From the NCBI GenBank assembly GCA_034226945.1, contig CP120458.1, positions 930,001 to 994,000 of the forward strand: 64,000 nt of DNA, given 5' to 3'. The DNA is from Picochlorum sp. SENEW3 (taxonomy: Eukaryota). The notes below the pieces were generated by a model, which was given only the letters and a program-made list of their open reading frames with translations, was not told where the DNA came from and made no database searches. Both the position numbers and the translations under genes were made by a program. This document shows, in pieces, positions 10,439 through 21,348 of the stretch (positions within the stretch are counted from its first letter, which is position 1; each line of letters opens with the position of its first letter).

Positions 10439-11813
10439 TTAAGATGCAATGGTTGCTGCGATGAAGAGAGATTTCATGGAGGAAGGATTGTCTGGGTCTG
10501 ACTCGAATGCGCACACCTCTTTGGGGATGCCCAATGCATTGGCAATGGTTGCTCTCGTATGAATACCTTGCACATCCCAGCCCAGTCCTTTCATCCAGTC
10601 TGTTGGTTCACGAGGACATCCAGACAGCCATTCCTTCATCAGTTGACTGTTGGTATGCTTGGAAATATCACGGACCACCTCTTCTGTCACATGACCTGTG
10701 ATTAGACAGGATCCAGGGGCAGACATGGATGCGAGTTCCTGTAACAAGGCGTCTACTCTGTCACGAGTAAGGTACATCAGAATACCTTCGAGAATCCATA
10801 CGGTGGCCTTGCTGGTATCAAACCCTGCTCTTGTCAGGGCTGCTTTCCATGATGGGTCGTTCAAATCTGCTGGCACACTGCTTCTTGATTCACATCGAAT
10901 TGGATACTCCACTCCCAGAGAATGATGGTCTAAGCTACCAATTTTTTGCTCAAGGATGGAATTCTTACTCTGAGATCGTCGAACTGGACTCATCACATCA
11001 ATCTCTGCGCCAGACGCATGCAACACATCTTCCTTGACATCAATCACGTCCTGCCTGTCCACATCAAACCATGCCAATGTCGCAGGGAGGTGTAGCCTCC
11101 ACGGCCTGGTACTGAGACCCGCTCCAATCTCAACAACCTGCACAGGGAAAACCTTTTTGGATGTCTTTTGACAGGAGAATGTATCGATCACATGTGTCCT
11201 TTCGGATGCTGTTGGGGTGGACCGATAGCTATCAGGCATTCCCAGGCACTCTTCCAATTGATCGTCAAACCATTTCGTTCGAATACCAATTCGACTGATC
11301 TTCCATCGCCGTCCATATCCAGGAGGAGCTTTGACTCGGCGCCTTCGCGCCTTGTTCAACGCCTTGCGACCAGCAACATGCGTTGCAAGAGGGTCGTATA
11401 CAAGTCTTGATTCCTCATCTTCTTCATCTTCCATTGCTCTGGCAGCTGCACATATTCGTCACACGAAAACTATATTAGATCTAAAGTCAACAGATGGGCA
11501 GGATCATCAATCAATCACACATTGATTCATTCGTTGATTCCCCTGGTCGTGAGAGTATGGTCACTCGTGTGACAAGACACGTTTGTAAACCATGGAACAA
11601 AAAAAACCCACCTGCAATCATCCTCGATGAATACGATACCAGGGAATGTAACCCATCATATTCATCAGTATTCATAAATACTTTGACCAGTGTTCCAGCC
11701 ACAAACGCTGCCGAACCCAGAGCTAATGCGCCAACGAGGCCAGATCGCCAACGAAAGGCATCAGTCTTCTGAATATCCTCGTCACCCTGGGTATTGTTTG
11801 ATGTCGTTTTCAT
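10439..11813 (-). CDS. SAM-dependent methyltransferase, LCM/TIGR00027-like family, N-terminal TM; 2 exons (intron 11446-11611)
   Basis: Spliced SRMIA|AARAME..VYDPLA, RTKWFDD, QVVEIGAGLSTRPWRL, WILEGILMYL. Confidence 0.85.
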
Positions 11814-12089
11814 GATAGTATATGTATCTATATATAAATTTATAATGGTTATGATTTGGATACAGACTGTACAAGGAGGTGGATCTTGTTCATCCAGAGA
11901 TCTCAAGGACACCGAGATGCCACAAAGCGCTTTGCAATTGCAAGGCTAGCCTTAAGGCGCCCTGTACAGGGTACATGGCTTCAAGTCAAAAGACAGACAT
12001 ATTCCCCTGCGCAGATCGATCTGTTCATCAAGAATGACGTCATATTCCAAAACATTCAACTTTCTCCCGTTGTACAAGAAACCACTGAC

Positions 12090-13511
12090 ATGATGGTTAT
12101 CGGGAAACGAGTGCAACAGCATAAGCGCACGTGTCAACAGCTGTGGCAAAGAAACCCTATCTGGAATATCAGCCTCGTTTCTGCACTGATGGTATATTGG
12201 ATCCTATATCCTACATATATGAAAAACAAGACTGAATTTGATCCATTAAAGCTGATCAGTGGGCTCGAGTACTCTTCTTCAGGCTCCTCGTGGACACGAG
12301 TGTTAACCTTGCCAGAGGTGGGAATGCAGGAAGGCAGCGGTGTCCGCGTGCGATACAATCATCCTTCTGATGGATCCCCTCGTGATCAGTTGTGGTTTGC
12401 TGGAGGATATCCTACTGATACAGGAAGGGTTCTTGTATTTGATGTGATCAGCCAGACGTGGGAGATTCCACCACATCAACAGTTGCCTTGGAGCCTTCAT
12501 CACTGTCTTCAGTCAATGTTTTATGACGAGAAAAATTGCAGACTCGTTCTCTTGGGTGGAATACGGTTACAAGACGGTACTCATTCACCGAATAATGCAG
12601 CATTGACTTTGAATATGTGCGGAGAAGCTGATGCGTCATGGGAACAGCATGATTTGAATGTTGGTGGAATCATCTCCTGTTCCGTACAAACCCTACTAGG
12701 AAAATACTGGTGCTACTCTGGCAGTAATGAATATGTCAGTGAGCGTTTCAAATTTTTCAGTTTTGACCCTGAATCTCTCGATGTTGAGCAGTACCAGAGT
12801 CCAAAATATGAAACCACGCATGTGTCGATTTTGGTTGATGAGGAGCATCAGCTTGTGTACATGTCAGGGGGTAGGGATGAAGGAAAAAACACAGTAGCCA
12901 AGATACTGTCGTTTGATGTTCAGAAAAAGGTATGGAACGCGGAAGAAATAGATATACCTTTTGTCGAAGTAGAAGATAGAGGCTGCATTCAACTCCCAAA
13001 TAGGAAAGCGCTGCTTCTAGGCGGTCAAAGTACTGGAGAGAGGAATGTTGTCACTGACATTATTCTTGAGTTTGACTTGAGCACCAGGACCATACGCTTG
13101 GTGGACGAGTCTCCCCTGCCACTTTTTGGAGAACAGATTGTCAACATGAAAAACGGTAGCTATTTTATTTTCTCTGGCGCATCAGGTGTTGGCCCCAAAT
13201 ACAGTAGATCTTCCTGGCTGTACAGTCCCAAGTTGAGGAACATGCAGAGACCAATGCCTGGGATACCCAAGGTAGTGGATGCAACATGTGGTTGCATTCC
13301 TGTGACATTGCAACTAAATAATCATTTAGAAAATATTGTGGATAGAGTGAGTACCAAGGCACCACTGTACATTCCTGCAGCCTGGTGCAAGGAAGGGCTT
13401 GGTCCTGGAAATCATGACGGCGCACATGCCTTGACGATCCTGTACCACAGGGATGGAAAGTTTTATAGAACGCAATGTGAGAGCTATAATTCATGCTTAT
13501 TGCGCCCATGA
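12090..13511 (+). CDS. Kelch-repeat beta-propeller protein with N-terminal TM anchor
   Basis: Repeated hydrophobic-GG motifs (WFAGG, VLLGG, YMSGG, LLLGG) with downstream F-D..W; TM segment ISLVSALMVYWILY. Start codon uncertain. Confidence 0.75.
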   Translation: MMVIGKRVQQHKRTCQQLWQRNPIWNISLVSALMVYWILYPTYMKNKTEFDPLKLISGLEYSSSGSSWTRVLTLPEVGMQEGSGVRVRYNHPSDGSPRDQLWFAGGYPTDTGRVLVFDVISQTWEIPPHQQLPWSLHHCLQSMFYDEKNCRLVLLGGIRLQDGTHSPNNAALTLNMCGEADASWEQHDLNVGGIISCSVQTLLGKYWCYSGSNEYVSERFKFFSFDPESLDVEQYQSPKYETTHVSILVDEEHQLVYMSGGRDEGKNTVAKILSFDVQKKVWNAEEIDIPFVEVEDRGCIQLPNRKALLLGGQSTGERNVVTDIILEFDLSTRTIRLVDESPLPLFGEQIVNMKNGSYFIFSGASGVGPKYSRSSWLYSPKLRNMQRPMPGIPKVVDATCGCIPVTLQLNNHLENIVDRVSTKAPLYIPAAWCKEGLGPGNHDGAHALTILYHRDGKFYRTQCESYNSCLLRP

Positions 13512-14088
13512 ATAAATTCATTGATAATAATAGGAAGAAGAGATTCTGGTCGATCCACTGTCTCTCAAATGAAACCCTAGATTGATTGTACCTGCATTCA
13601 GAATTCTGTTTCAAAACAGTTGGAGTGTACTTCCAGGAAACAAATAACACTGCCTGTACTGATTCATTTATGTCTACATTGAATGTACCAAATAGATTCG
13701 CTCATGATTTGAAATACATCATACTGCTTTATGATACCTGATATCTCATGTAGCTGGATTCAATCGGAACACCCACAACACCTGGCCAGGTCTTCATGAA
13801 GATGTGGTCTTGGCTCTAGCAGGACACATACCAGCTAGAATGCTTCATAGATAGTCGCTCTCAAACCCCTTCGACCCATCATCCGATTATTATCAATATC
13901 GTATTCTCTTGTGCGAAGGAACAGACATGATTCAAGCCTTGGTCCTTAAGGACAAGCTAGCAATGGAATTGAAAGAGCTTGTTGTTCATCATGCTTGGCA
14001 GCATGATCATGCCGCCCTATGTCCCCTGTCTGAGCCTCTGTGCCTCCTGTATTCTTTAAAAAGTAAAAAATATAGTAGTAGAATATTT

Positions 14089-15253
14089 ATGGATCGACAG
14101 CAGCAGATTTTAACCTGGGCATCGGCGTTTGTTCTCGGGATTTCTCTAGGTCGATGGCTGAGACAGTGCAGGGACAGTGCCAGGAACCAGTTTCAGAGTA
14201 TAGCTGCTCGATCTGCCCTATGGATTGCTGCTTTACGAGCAGTTGAAAGTTTAGAGAATGACGATGCCTTGTTTGTTGATGATATGGCGTCGAGTTTGGC
14301 TGGGAAAGGAGCATTTGGTCGGGCTCTGAAGATGGCACGGGTGCGTTGGGTCGGGATGATCTTTTCATATAGAAACATGGCTGATGATTATGTTGATAAT
14401 GTAGCCGGTTGAGGGACAGTCAGGGAAGAAGCGGTTGTATAAAATGACGGAGGTGGCTCTTGGGACGTGGTGGTTTGACCGGCAGATTATGACGATTATG
14501 ACGACGAATACGAAATCGTCTGCTCGGGGATGGTTGTCTGCAAGGTTGAGAAACTCTGCGTTAGGGTTGGCAGGGCCTCCTCGGCAGGTGGTAGTGATTG
14601 GGAGTGGGATGGACACGAGGCCATGGAGGATGGCCCTTCCACCAATGACAAAGTGGTTGGAGATTGATACGGATGAAGTTGTGCATGCAAAGAAGAGAGG
14701 GTTGGAGGCATGTCGAGCGGAGACAGTACCCCATTCGAACACGAGTTATTATCCATTGAGGACAGCGCAGTGGGATATTTATGCAGCAGATGTGTCGGAG
14801 GAGATTGATTGGGTGAGGGTGTTGGACTCGCATGGGTTTGAGCTTGATCAGCCGATTGTGTGGGTGTTGGAGAATGTGCTGATGTATTTGTCGCACGAAA
14901 ATGTGAAATCTTTATTGGAGACGCTGAGTGAGGTGTCCAAGGCGAAGGGGAGTGTGGTCATTGGTAATAGCACTGTGAATAGAATGGCAGCACTGCTTGC
15001 TGGGAATAATCACGAGGCCTCATGTGGGTCGTATCCGGCGGATATGGTGGAATCGTGGCTTTCATCTCTTCCACGAGATCCTGAAATTGCGTTGCATGAG
15101 GCTGGGTGGGAGATGACTGATTGCTGTACTCAGTTTGATATTGCAGAGGATGTGTGCAATGGTGCCCCAGAGGATGTGTGTAGAACGTGGCCAGGCCATG
15201 CACCTGATGGCGAGGTGGGATGCGATGTGTATTTTGTTGCAAACAAATTATAA
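14089..15253 (+). CDS. SAM-dependent methyltransferase, LCM/TIGR00027-like family (paralogue of 10439-11813); 2 exons (intron 14341-14404)
   Basis: SALWIAALRAVES..LFVDDMA, GTWWFDR, QVVVIGSGMDTRPWRM, WVLENVLMYL; in-frame GT-AG join. Confidence 0.85.
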
Positions 15254-15296
15254 CCATTTTTGATGTTGACATGAACGTTGTAATACTGGCAGTATC

Positions 15297-17630
15297 TCAA
15301 CTCCACACATCTTTGATGTACTTGGCATCCTTTGTCATGGCAGCCAAGAAGGATTCTGCTTCTTTTCGGGATGCCGCATTGTCTTTTGCGTCGTCGCCGC
15401 ATACAATGTCAACAAGAGTATTATGTACATCTCGTGCCATAGAATGGCCATCTCCGCAGATGAAAATATATGCATTCTGGTCGACGATGAGATTGTGGAG
15501 GTGGGCAGCGTGCTGGCGCATCTTGTCCTGCACATACACCTTTGTGTTTGGTGTTTTCCTTGATTCTGCGACGACAAGTTGATCCAGTGTTCCATCCGCA
15601 ACGAATGATTCCAGTTCTTTTCCATATAAATAATCCTTTGTCATGTCTCTGCAGCCAAAGAAGAGCCAGCATTCTGCCTTTTCTGCATTCTGTTGCTGCT
15701 CAAGCATGTGCTTGCGCTGCTGGAGGAATCCCCTGAATGGTGAGACGCCCGTGCCTGGACCAATCATAATCCACGGGACATTGAGGGTCGAAGGAGTCGA
15801 AAAGGATCCTCCCTTGCGCAGGAAAAGAGGAACTCTTGGTACAGATTCATCGCCATTTGGCGCAGTGGATGATAAAAACACCTCTGCAGTCTTTTCCAGC
15901 CACCATGTTGCAACACCTTTTCTCATGGTCTTTTGCGGAGTCATATATTCTACTGCCGTAAAAGCTACATCGGCGACATGAGGTGATGATGCTGGCGAAG
16001 AAGACACGGAATACATTCTTGGTGCGAGTGGTGGTAATGCATCCAACAGCACCTCAAATGGTGGCCTGCAGCTTGCATGCTGCATCAATACATCACAAAA
16101 TCCGCAGTGTGATTTAACAATTCGTTCCATATAATCTTTTCGTCCATCTCGAGAGCATAAGTGCATCAATTCCTCCTTTTCTTTCGCATCGGAGCAGTAC
16201 TCTGCGAGGACACGAAGGAGAGACTTTTTGGGAGGACTGGTCAAGTCTACTCCATGCATGAATGCGGATCTCACTGAGCATGGCCATTTGATGTGCTGAC
16301 AAGGTTTTGTCTCTGGCATGTCATTTTCAGTACGCACATGCTGTACTGAAAAGCATGCAGTGCCATCCAGACCAAGATGCTTGAGAACAGAATCCACCAA
16401 ATCAGCATCATTCTCTGGCAACACGCCCAGTGAGTCTCCTGGACTATACTCAATCCCCGAGTCTGTCAAATCAAATTGCATATGTATCACTCTTCTATCT
16501 GGATCCGATGTATCCGTTGTTAAATACATGGCACTCTTGATGGGAGCAAGGAATGGCTCTGATGCAGAGTATTCCTCACCCGTCACTCCCTTGGATTCAT
16601 TCTGTGTTGCGTCACCATCCTTCATCCAAGTCACTTGGATACTGCATGATGGTAATGGAGCATAGGTATTTTCTTTATTCGATGACGGTGGCACGCGAGC
16701 ACCTTGGGTTTCCTCAGGCTTTACTGCAGCTCTGACGGCAGGCAGCAGTCCTTCAATCCACCCATCAATAATATCTTCCAATCCGTCGACCTCATCCGCT
16801 TCTTTCGGCTCATAAAACGTCGTCGCACCAAGTTCTAAAAATTTATTCTTCAGCACTCGGGGAACATGCATGAATCTGGTGTAATTAGAATCTCCCAACC
16901 CAAGACAAGTGAACTGAATCCCACGCAACATGCCCTCTGCCTGACTCTTTTTCTTTGCATCATTGTAGAATTTCGTCGCATTATCAGGAGCCTCACCATC
17001 ACCAGTTGAGGATGCCACCCAAATAACACATGGCGTCTTCTCCTTGCTGAGATTCCCAAATCCCATCTCATTCATTGACACAACTCTCGACGTCAAACCC
17101 ATTCCTTCAATGCTTGCACTGATATTCTTTGCAACTTCTGCAGCAGTACCCGTCTGAGATCCATACAGCACCACGACTGGATGAGGTTTCGGCGACTTGT
17201 GCTTTCTTGCTGCCCGTAATTTAGCCAAAATGGCTGCCCCTCCAACCACTGGCGCACCATTTCCTGTGGTATCTGTCCCTTCTGCTGGTGCCTTTCCTGA
17301 AGTATCATTCTTGATATTCTCGGCTTGCGTGTTCTCTACACCGCCAATCATGCCTTCTTGTTCCTTGGAGTCTGTTCCCTTTTCTGCCCCAGTAGCAACC
17401 ACAAGTTCCTTCTTCTGTTCTGTGTCCTCTCTCTTCTTGGTCTCTTTTGTAGCCTTCTCAGCCATTGTTTTCATTCTCATAATAAATATCAAACCTAATA
17501 CAGGTAATCCTATCAGTAAAAATGGAATACAAATCGGCGCAGCCACCGCAAACATGACAACAAGAATGCTCCCCCTCCGCACCCAAGGGGGCAAAGGATC
17601 AGCACCAGTTGGGGTCTCCGTCTGGCTCAT
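15297..17630 (-). CDS. MTRR: Diflavin reductase, methionine synthase reductase-like (FMN + FAD + NADPH domains), N-terminal TM
   Basis: LYGSQTG, SSTGDGEAPDN, LGLGDSNY, PRMYSVSS, MIGPGTGVSPFRGF, FFGCR, ICGDG, terminal DVWS. Confidence 0.8.
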   Translation of the reverse strand: MSQTETPTGADPLPPWVRRGSILVVMFAVAAPICIPFLLIGLPVLGLIFIMRMKTMAEKATKETKKREDTEQKKELVVATGAEKGTDSKEQEGMIGGVENTQAENIKNDTSGKAPAEGTDTTGNGAPVVGGAAILAKLRAARKHKSPKPHPVVVLYGSQTGTAAEVAKNISASIEGMGLTSRVVSMNEMGFGNLSKEKTPCVIWVASSTGDGEAPDNATKFYNDAKKKSQAEGMLRGIQFTCLGLGDSNYTRFMHVPRVLKNKFLELGATTFYEPKEADEVDGLEDIIDGWIEGLLPAVRAAVKPEETQGARVPPSSNKENTYAPLPSCSIQVTWMKDGDATQNESKGVTGEEYSASEPFLAPIKSAMYLTTDTSDPDRRVIHMQFDLTDSGIEYSPGDSLGVLPENDADLVDSVLKHLGLDGTACFSVQHVRTENDMPETKPCQHIKWPCSVRSAFMHGVDLTSPPKKSLLRVLAEYCSDAKEKEELMHLCSRDGRKDYMERIVKSHCGFCDVLMQHASCRPPFEVLLDALPPLAPRMYSVSSSPASSPHVADVAFTAVEYMTPQKTMRKGVATWWLEKTAEVFLSSTAPNGDESVPRVPLFLRKGGSFSTPSTLNVPWIMIGPGTGVSPFRGFLQQRKHMLEQQQNAEKAECWLFFGCRDMTKDYLYGKELESFVADGTLDQLVVAESRKTPNTKVYVQDKMRQHAAHLHNLIVDQNAYIFICGDGHSMARDVHNTLVDIVCGDDAKDNAASRKEAESFLAAMTKDAKYIKDVWS

Positions 17631-17857
17631 TGTTCTATACTATAAGTTAAGAATTGGTAATGCACAGCAACAAGGCTTGATCTGCGCATGAACATTTGTG
17701 CATCATCATGATTTGTCAAGAAACTTTGATGTTGTTTAAAATGTGCAAAATAGGATGCAATACTTCCATCATTTACGATTCATCCGTTCTATACATATTT
17801 TTCTCTATGTTTTTTAATCATTTAATGGCACTATTGATACTGGAATGAGTCACAGAC

Positions 17858-19120
17858 ATGTTTTCGAAATTTGATCTCGACAATGCAAGCAAAAAATTGG
17901 CACAGCGGTCTGAAGAAGCGCATGCGAAAGCGCAACGCAAGTTGGAAAAGGATAGAATCATAGCAGAGCGTAAGAAGAAGCGAGAAGAGGCGATTGAGAG
18001 GGAGATTCAGGAGCGGCGTATGGCTGAGCTACTTCAACAAGAGGCAGAGGAACAGGAGAGGGAGAGGTTGCGTGAGTTGAACCAAGGCGTGGTATTCCAA
18101 GGAGATCTTCAAGCAGTTCCAGCTCCCGTCACTGTTGCGGCAGAGAAGGGTATAAAACGATCTGCGGACAAGGCATTGCTGCCCCCGTCTGTTGGCTCTA
18201 GCCTGCTGTCCCAGGATGCCTCAAAGAATGGGGCATATTTCTTCAATGTAGAGAATGGATTAGGGCGTCGTACGTGTGTTGGATTGTTGGAATTTTCATC
18301 AGCTGAAGGATTTATCGCGCTTCCACGCAAGGCCGTTCGGTGTCTATGGGGTCCAGATGCAGACGATGAGTCTGTGTCTGGTACAGTGTCAGTAACGTAT
18401 AGAAGGCTTCCAAAGGGGACGAGGGTCGTGTTTCAACCCCGTTCTGCTCGCTTTCAGGAAGCAATAGGCGATAATATTCGTGATGTATTAGAGCAATGTT
18501 TGTCGCAGCATAGTTGTTTGAGTGTTGGTGATTGGGTCACTGTGACACATGGCGATGAGGTGTTTGATGTGAGAGTGCGTGAACTAGAACCTGAGCCAAA
18601 CGTATCAATCATCGACACAGAGATGGAGGCGGAAGTCCATCCGTCTATAGAAACAGAAGAAAAGATATTGCAGGAGGAGATGGAGGCGCGGAGGAGAATG
18701 GAGGAGAGAGAAAAGAGGCGACAGGAGGAAGAAGAGAGAGAGAGCAGAATGGCACACCGTGCCCAGCAGCATGATGACATGGTGAGGCAAAAGCGAGAAA
18801 CGCTCCCCGAAGAGGGACCCGAGGATCCATCTACCGATATACATGTGTTGTTTCGATTTCCAAATGGAGAAAAACATCAGAGACGGTTCTGTCCGTCGGA
18901 CCCATTGTCTCTGCTCTTCCATGCTGTGGATGCCAAGGGTGCCAGTGGACTGTTTCCAGGAGAGTATAGGCTGGTGTCACAGTATCCTCGCCATGTATTC
19001 AAGTACCAGGATGACACAACTAGCTCACTACTGAAAGATGTAGACTGGTTCTCTCCAGGATCGAGACTCGTCTTGTTTCTGGAACCCGCATCAGCCACCC
19101 AAGACGGGGATGGGTCGTAG
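17858..19120 (+). CDS. UFD1-domain + UBX-domain protein (Cdc48/p97 cofactor)
   Basis: DKALLPPS, GLLEFSSAEG, LPKGT..FQP, VSIIDTEM (UFD1); FRFPNG..RRF..LVSQYPR (UBX). Confidence 0.85.
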   Translation: MFSKFDLDNASKKLAQRSEEAHAKAQRKLEKDRIIAERKKKREEAIEREIQERRMAELLQQEAEEQERERLRELNQGVVFQGDLQAVPAPVTVAAEKGIKRSADKALLPPSVGSSLLSQDASKNGAYFFNVENGLGRRTCVGLLEFSSAEGFIALPRKAVRCLWGPDADDESVSGTVSVTYRRLPKGTRVVFQPRSARFQEAIGDNIRDVLEQCLSQHSCLSVGDWVTVTHGDEVFDVRVRELEPEPNVSIIDTEMEAEVHPSIETEEKILQEEMEARRRMEEREKRRQEEEERESRMAHRAQQHDDMVRQKRETLPEEGPEDPSTDIHVLFRFPNGEKHQRRFCPSDPLSLLFHAVDAKGASGLFPGEYRLVSQYPRHVFKYQDDTTSSLLKDVDWFSPGSRLVLFLEPASATQDGDGS

Positions 19121-19619
19121 GCACTGGTCCTTCGGTCGGTCGGCTGGCGCCAGCGATGGGTCGCGGCTGACCAGACGAGTGCGCCCGGGTGGAACGCGGC
19201 GTGTCAGACAGCGTATATATACGCTCCTATATATATAGGAGACGCGAGGGTCGATCGAACATCCTTGCATCATTTCATGCTCTGATTTCATTGCTTTTAG
19301 TCCCATAATACATCATAATTTACATTTTAATTGGTTTATTGGACAAAAGTGGTGCTATCCTTTGGGTTTGTGAACGACCAACCACTGGTCGGTGCATTCT
19401 GTTGTACGCGTCAGAGTTTGATACGCGTCTCTTTCTGGTTAAAAGGCATTCATCTCACCAATATAAATTGAATGGTATAGCTGTATTGGCGTAGATAGAC
19501 ACAAGAATAGGTTTCTGGCATTTAGCTCCGCGTTTGGGATTGGTCGCCGTTATTTGGTTTATTTCTCTCGAGATCGTGATTATCAATTAGGAAAGAAGTG
19601 GTTTTTCTCATTATTTAAC

Positions 19620-21209
19620 ATGCACGACGTCCCAAAAAGCATGATGCGAGGTTTTGGTGGCATCTCCCGTCCAAGGGCCTTGGGGAGAGTTTCACACGCC
19701 TCTGTATCAAGGGCAATGAAGATTGGTGCGCGTGGGATGAATAGTAAGACATATCAGGATGATGAGAGTGTCTCGATTGTGGATAATAATGGAAAAAGCA
19801 TGCCACACCGTGCTGTGAAGAACAATATACTGGTTGTTGCTCCACCAAAAGGTCAGAGTGTATTGCATGGAGTGATGAAGGAGTTTCCAGACAACGTTGT
19901 GGGGACGACCACGGAAGAAAAGGACACGGAGTTTATGGGAATGCCTGGTTTGGACATGAAGGAAGTGTTGATTCTTGTGGGTATGATTACTGCAGTCTCA
20001 TTTGTGTGCTCAGTGGACAGGGCAGCCATGTCTGTGGCAATCCTGCCAATGTCTGCAGAGTTTGGATGGGATTCTTCTGTGAAAGGTGCAGTATCATCGT
20101 CTTTCTTCGCTGGATATATGATTACAAATATATTTGGGGGATACTTGGCGACTCGATTCTGTCCCAAGGCTGTCTTGGCAGCTGGCGTGATTTTATGGTC
20201 CTGCTTTACCATTGAAACTCCTTTTGCCGCGTCCTCCGATTCTCTTTCAGCCTTATTACTCGTCCGTGGAATCATGGGTATTGGAGAAGGTGTAGCATAC
20301 CCATCTATTCAGAATATTGTCAGGCATTCCGTTCCTGATTCCATGAGGAGCAGAAGTCTATCCTTCATATATAGTGGACACCAGCTGGGCACGATTGCAT
20401 CATATCTGTCTTCTCCCTCCATTATATCCATGTATGGCTGGCAGTCTGTGTTTGGAATATTTGGAAGTCTGGGATTCGTGTGGCTATTGGGATGGCTGCC
20501 ATTGACCCGTCAGGCACAGGGCAATGTTGTAGAGGTGAAGAGAGAAAGTGTCACCCCTGCTACATCCATTCCCTGGAAGAAGATTGCAACCAGCCCATCT
20601 GTATGGGCTATAGTTGCAGCGCAGGTGAGTGTGGGAATCGGTTCAGGATTGTCATTCTCCTGGCTGCCCACATACTTTTCCCAACAGTACAATGTCTCTT
20701 CGGATCAAGCGGCATACCTGTGCCTGATTCCTTTTGTTGCAACTGTTGTGGCCACAAATATGAGCGGCTGGATTGCAGACGGCCTGGTCAACAATGGCCA
20801 TATGAATTTAACTCGTACGAGAAAGCTCATGCAAGGTATTGCCAGTGTTGGTCCTGCCCTCTTCCTATTTCAACTGGCAGCAGAATCACATGCTGGCATA
20901 CAGCCCAACGTACATGATAGATTGGGTGAAGCAGTTGCGCTTGTCACAGCGTGGCTTGCCCTTGGTGGATTTTCAGCAGCTGGATATGGTTCAAACCATA
21001 CAGACTTGTCCAAATCATACAGCGGTATACTCTTTGGACTTTCCAATGGCCTCGCATCGATTGCTGGCTCAATAACTATTTATGCAACTGGCGTGATACT
21101 CAACAAGAGTGATAATGATTGGGGAATCATCTTTGATCTTGCAGCAATCATCTATATTCTTGGGGCACTCGTGTATGTCAAATTTGCCTCTTGTGAAGAA
21201 GAATTCTAG
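19620..21209 (+). CDS. MFS anion/phosphate transporter (ACS/SLC17, PHT4-like), probable plastid
   Basis: VDRAAMSVAI, SSFFAGY, RGIMGIGEGV, SWLPTYF; multiple TM segments after a transit peptide. Confidence 0.88.
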   Translation: MHDVPKSMMRGFGGISRPRALGRVSHASVSRAMKIGARGMNSKTYQDDESVSIVDNNGKSMPHRAVKNNILVVAPPKGQSVLHGVMKEFPDNVVGTTTEEKDTEFMGMPGLDMKEVLILVGMITAVSFVCSVDRAAMSVAILPMSAEFGWDSSVKGAVSSSFFAGYMITNIFGGYLATRFCPKAVLAAGVILWSCFTIETPFAASSDSLSALLLVRGIMGIGEGVAYPSIQNIVRHSVPDSMRSRSLSFIYSGHQLGTIASYLSSPSIISMYGWQSVFGIFGSLGFVWLLGWLPLTRQAQGNVVEVKRESVTPATSIPWKKIATSPSVWAIVAAQVSVGIGSGLSFSWLPTYFSQQYNVSSDQAAYLCLIPFVATVVATNMSGWIADGLVNNGHMNLTRTRKLMQGIASVGPALFLFQLAAESHAGIQPNVHDRLGEAVALVTAWLALGGFSAAGYGSNHTDLSKSYSGILFGLSNGLASIAGSITIYATGVILNKSDNDWGIIFDLAAIIYILGALVYVKFASCEEEF

Positions 21210-21348
21210 TACTGATTTTTTTCTCCCTCGTTGAAGAAACATGAGCACACAAGGAAGAAGAATGAATGCACTGTATGTATGAATGCAACCTGGTTTATTT
21301 GCTTTTTTTACCAAGCAAGAAGATGAAAAAATATACACATGTTTAATT

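Noticed and set aside
13512..14088. ~570-nt gap with scattered TGATG/CTGA words (snoRNA cluster or small spliced gene?)
   Set aside because: I could not identify correctly spaced boxes, rRNA guide complementarity or a coherent spliced ORF.
19086..19241. tRNA-Sec, SRP, RNase MRP or telomerase RNA identity for the GC-rich fold-back
   Set aside because: No TCA anticodon arm, T-loop, SRP helix-8 motif, P4 consensus or telomere template seen.
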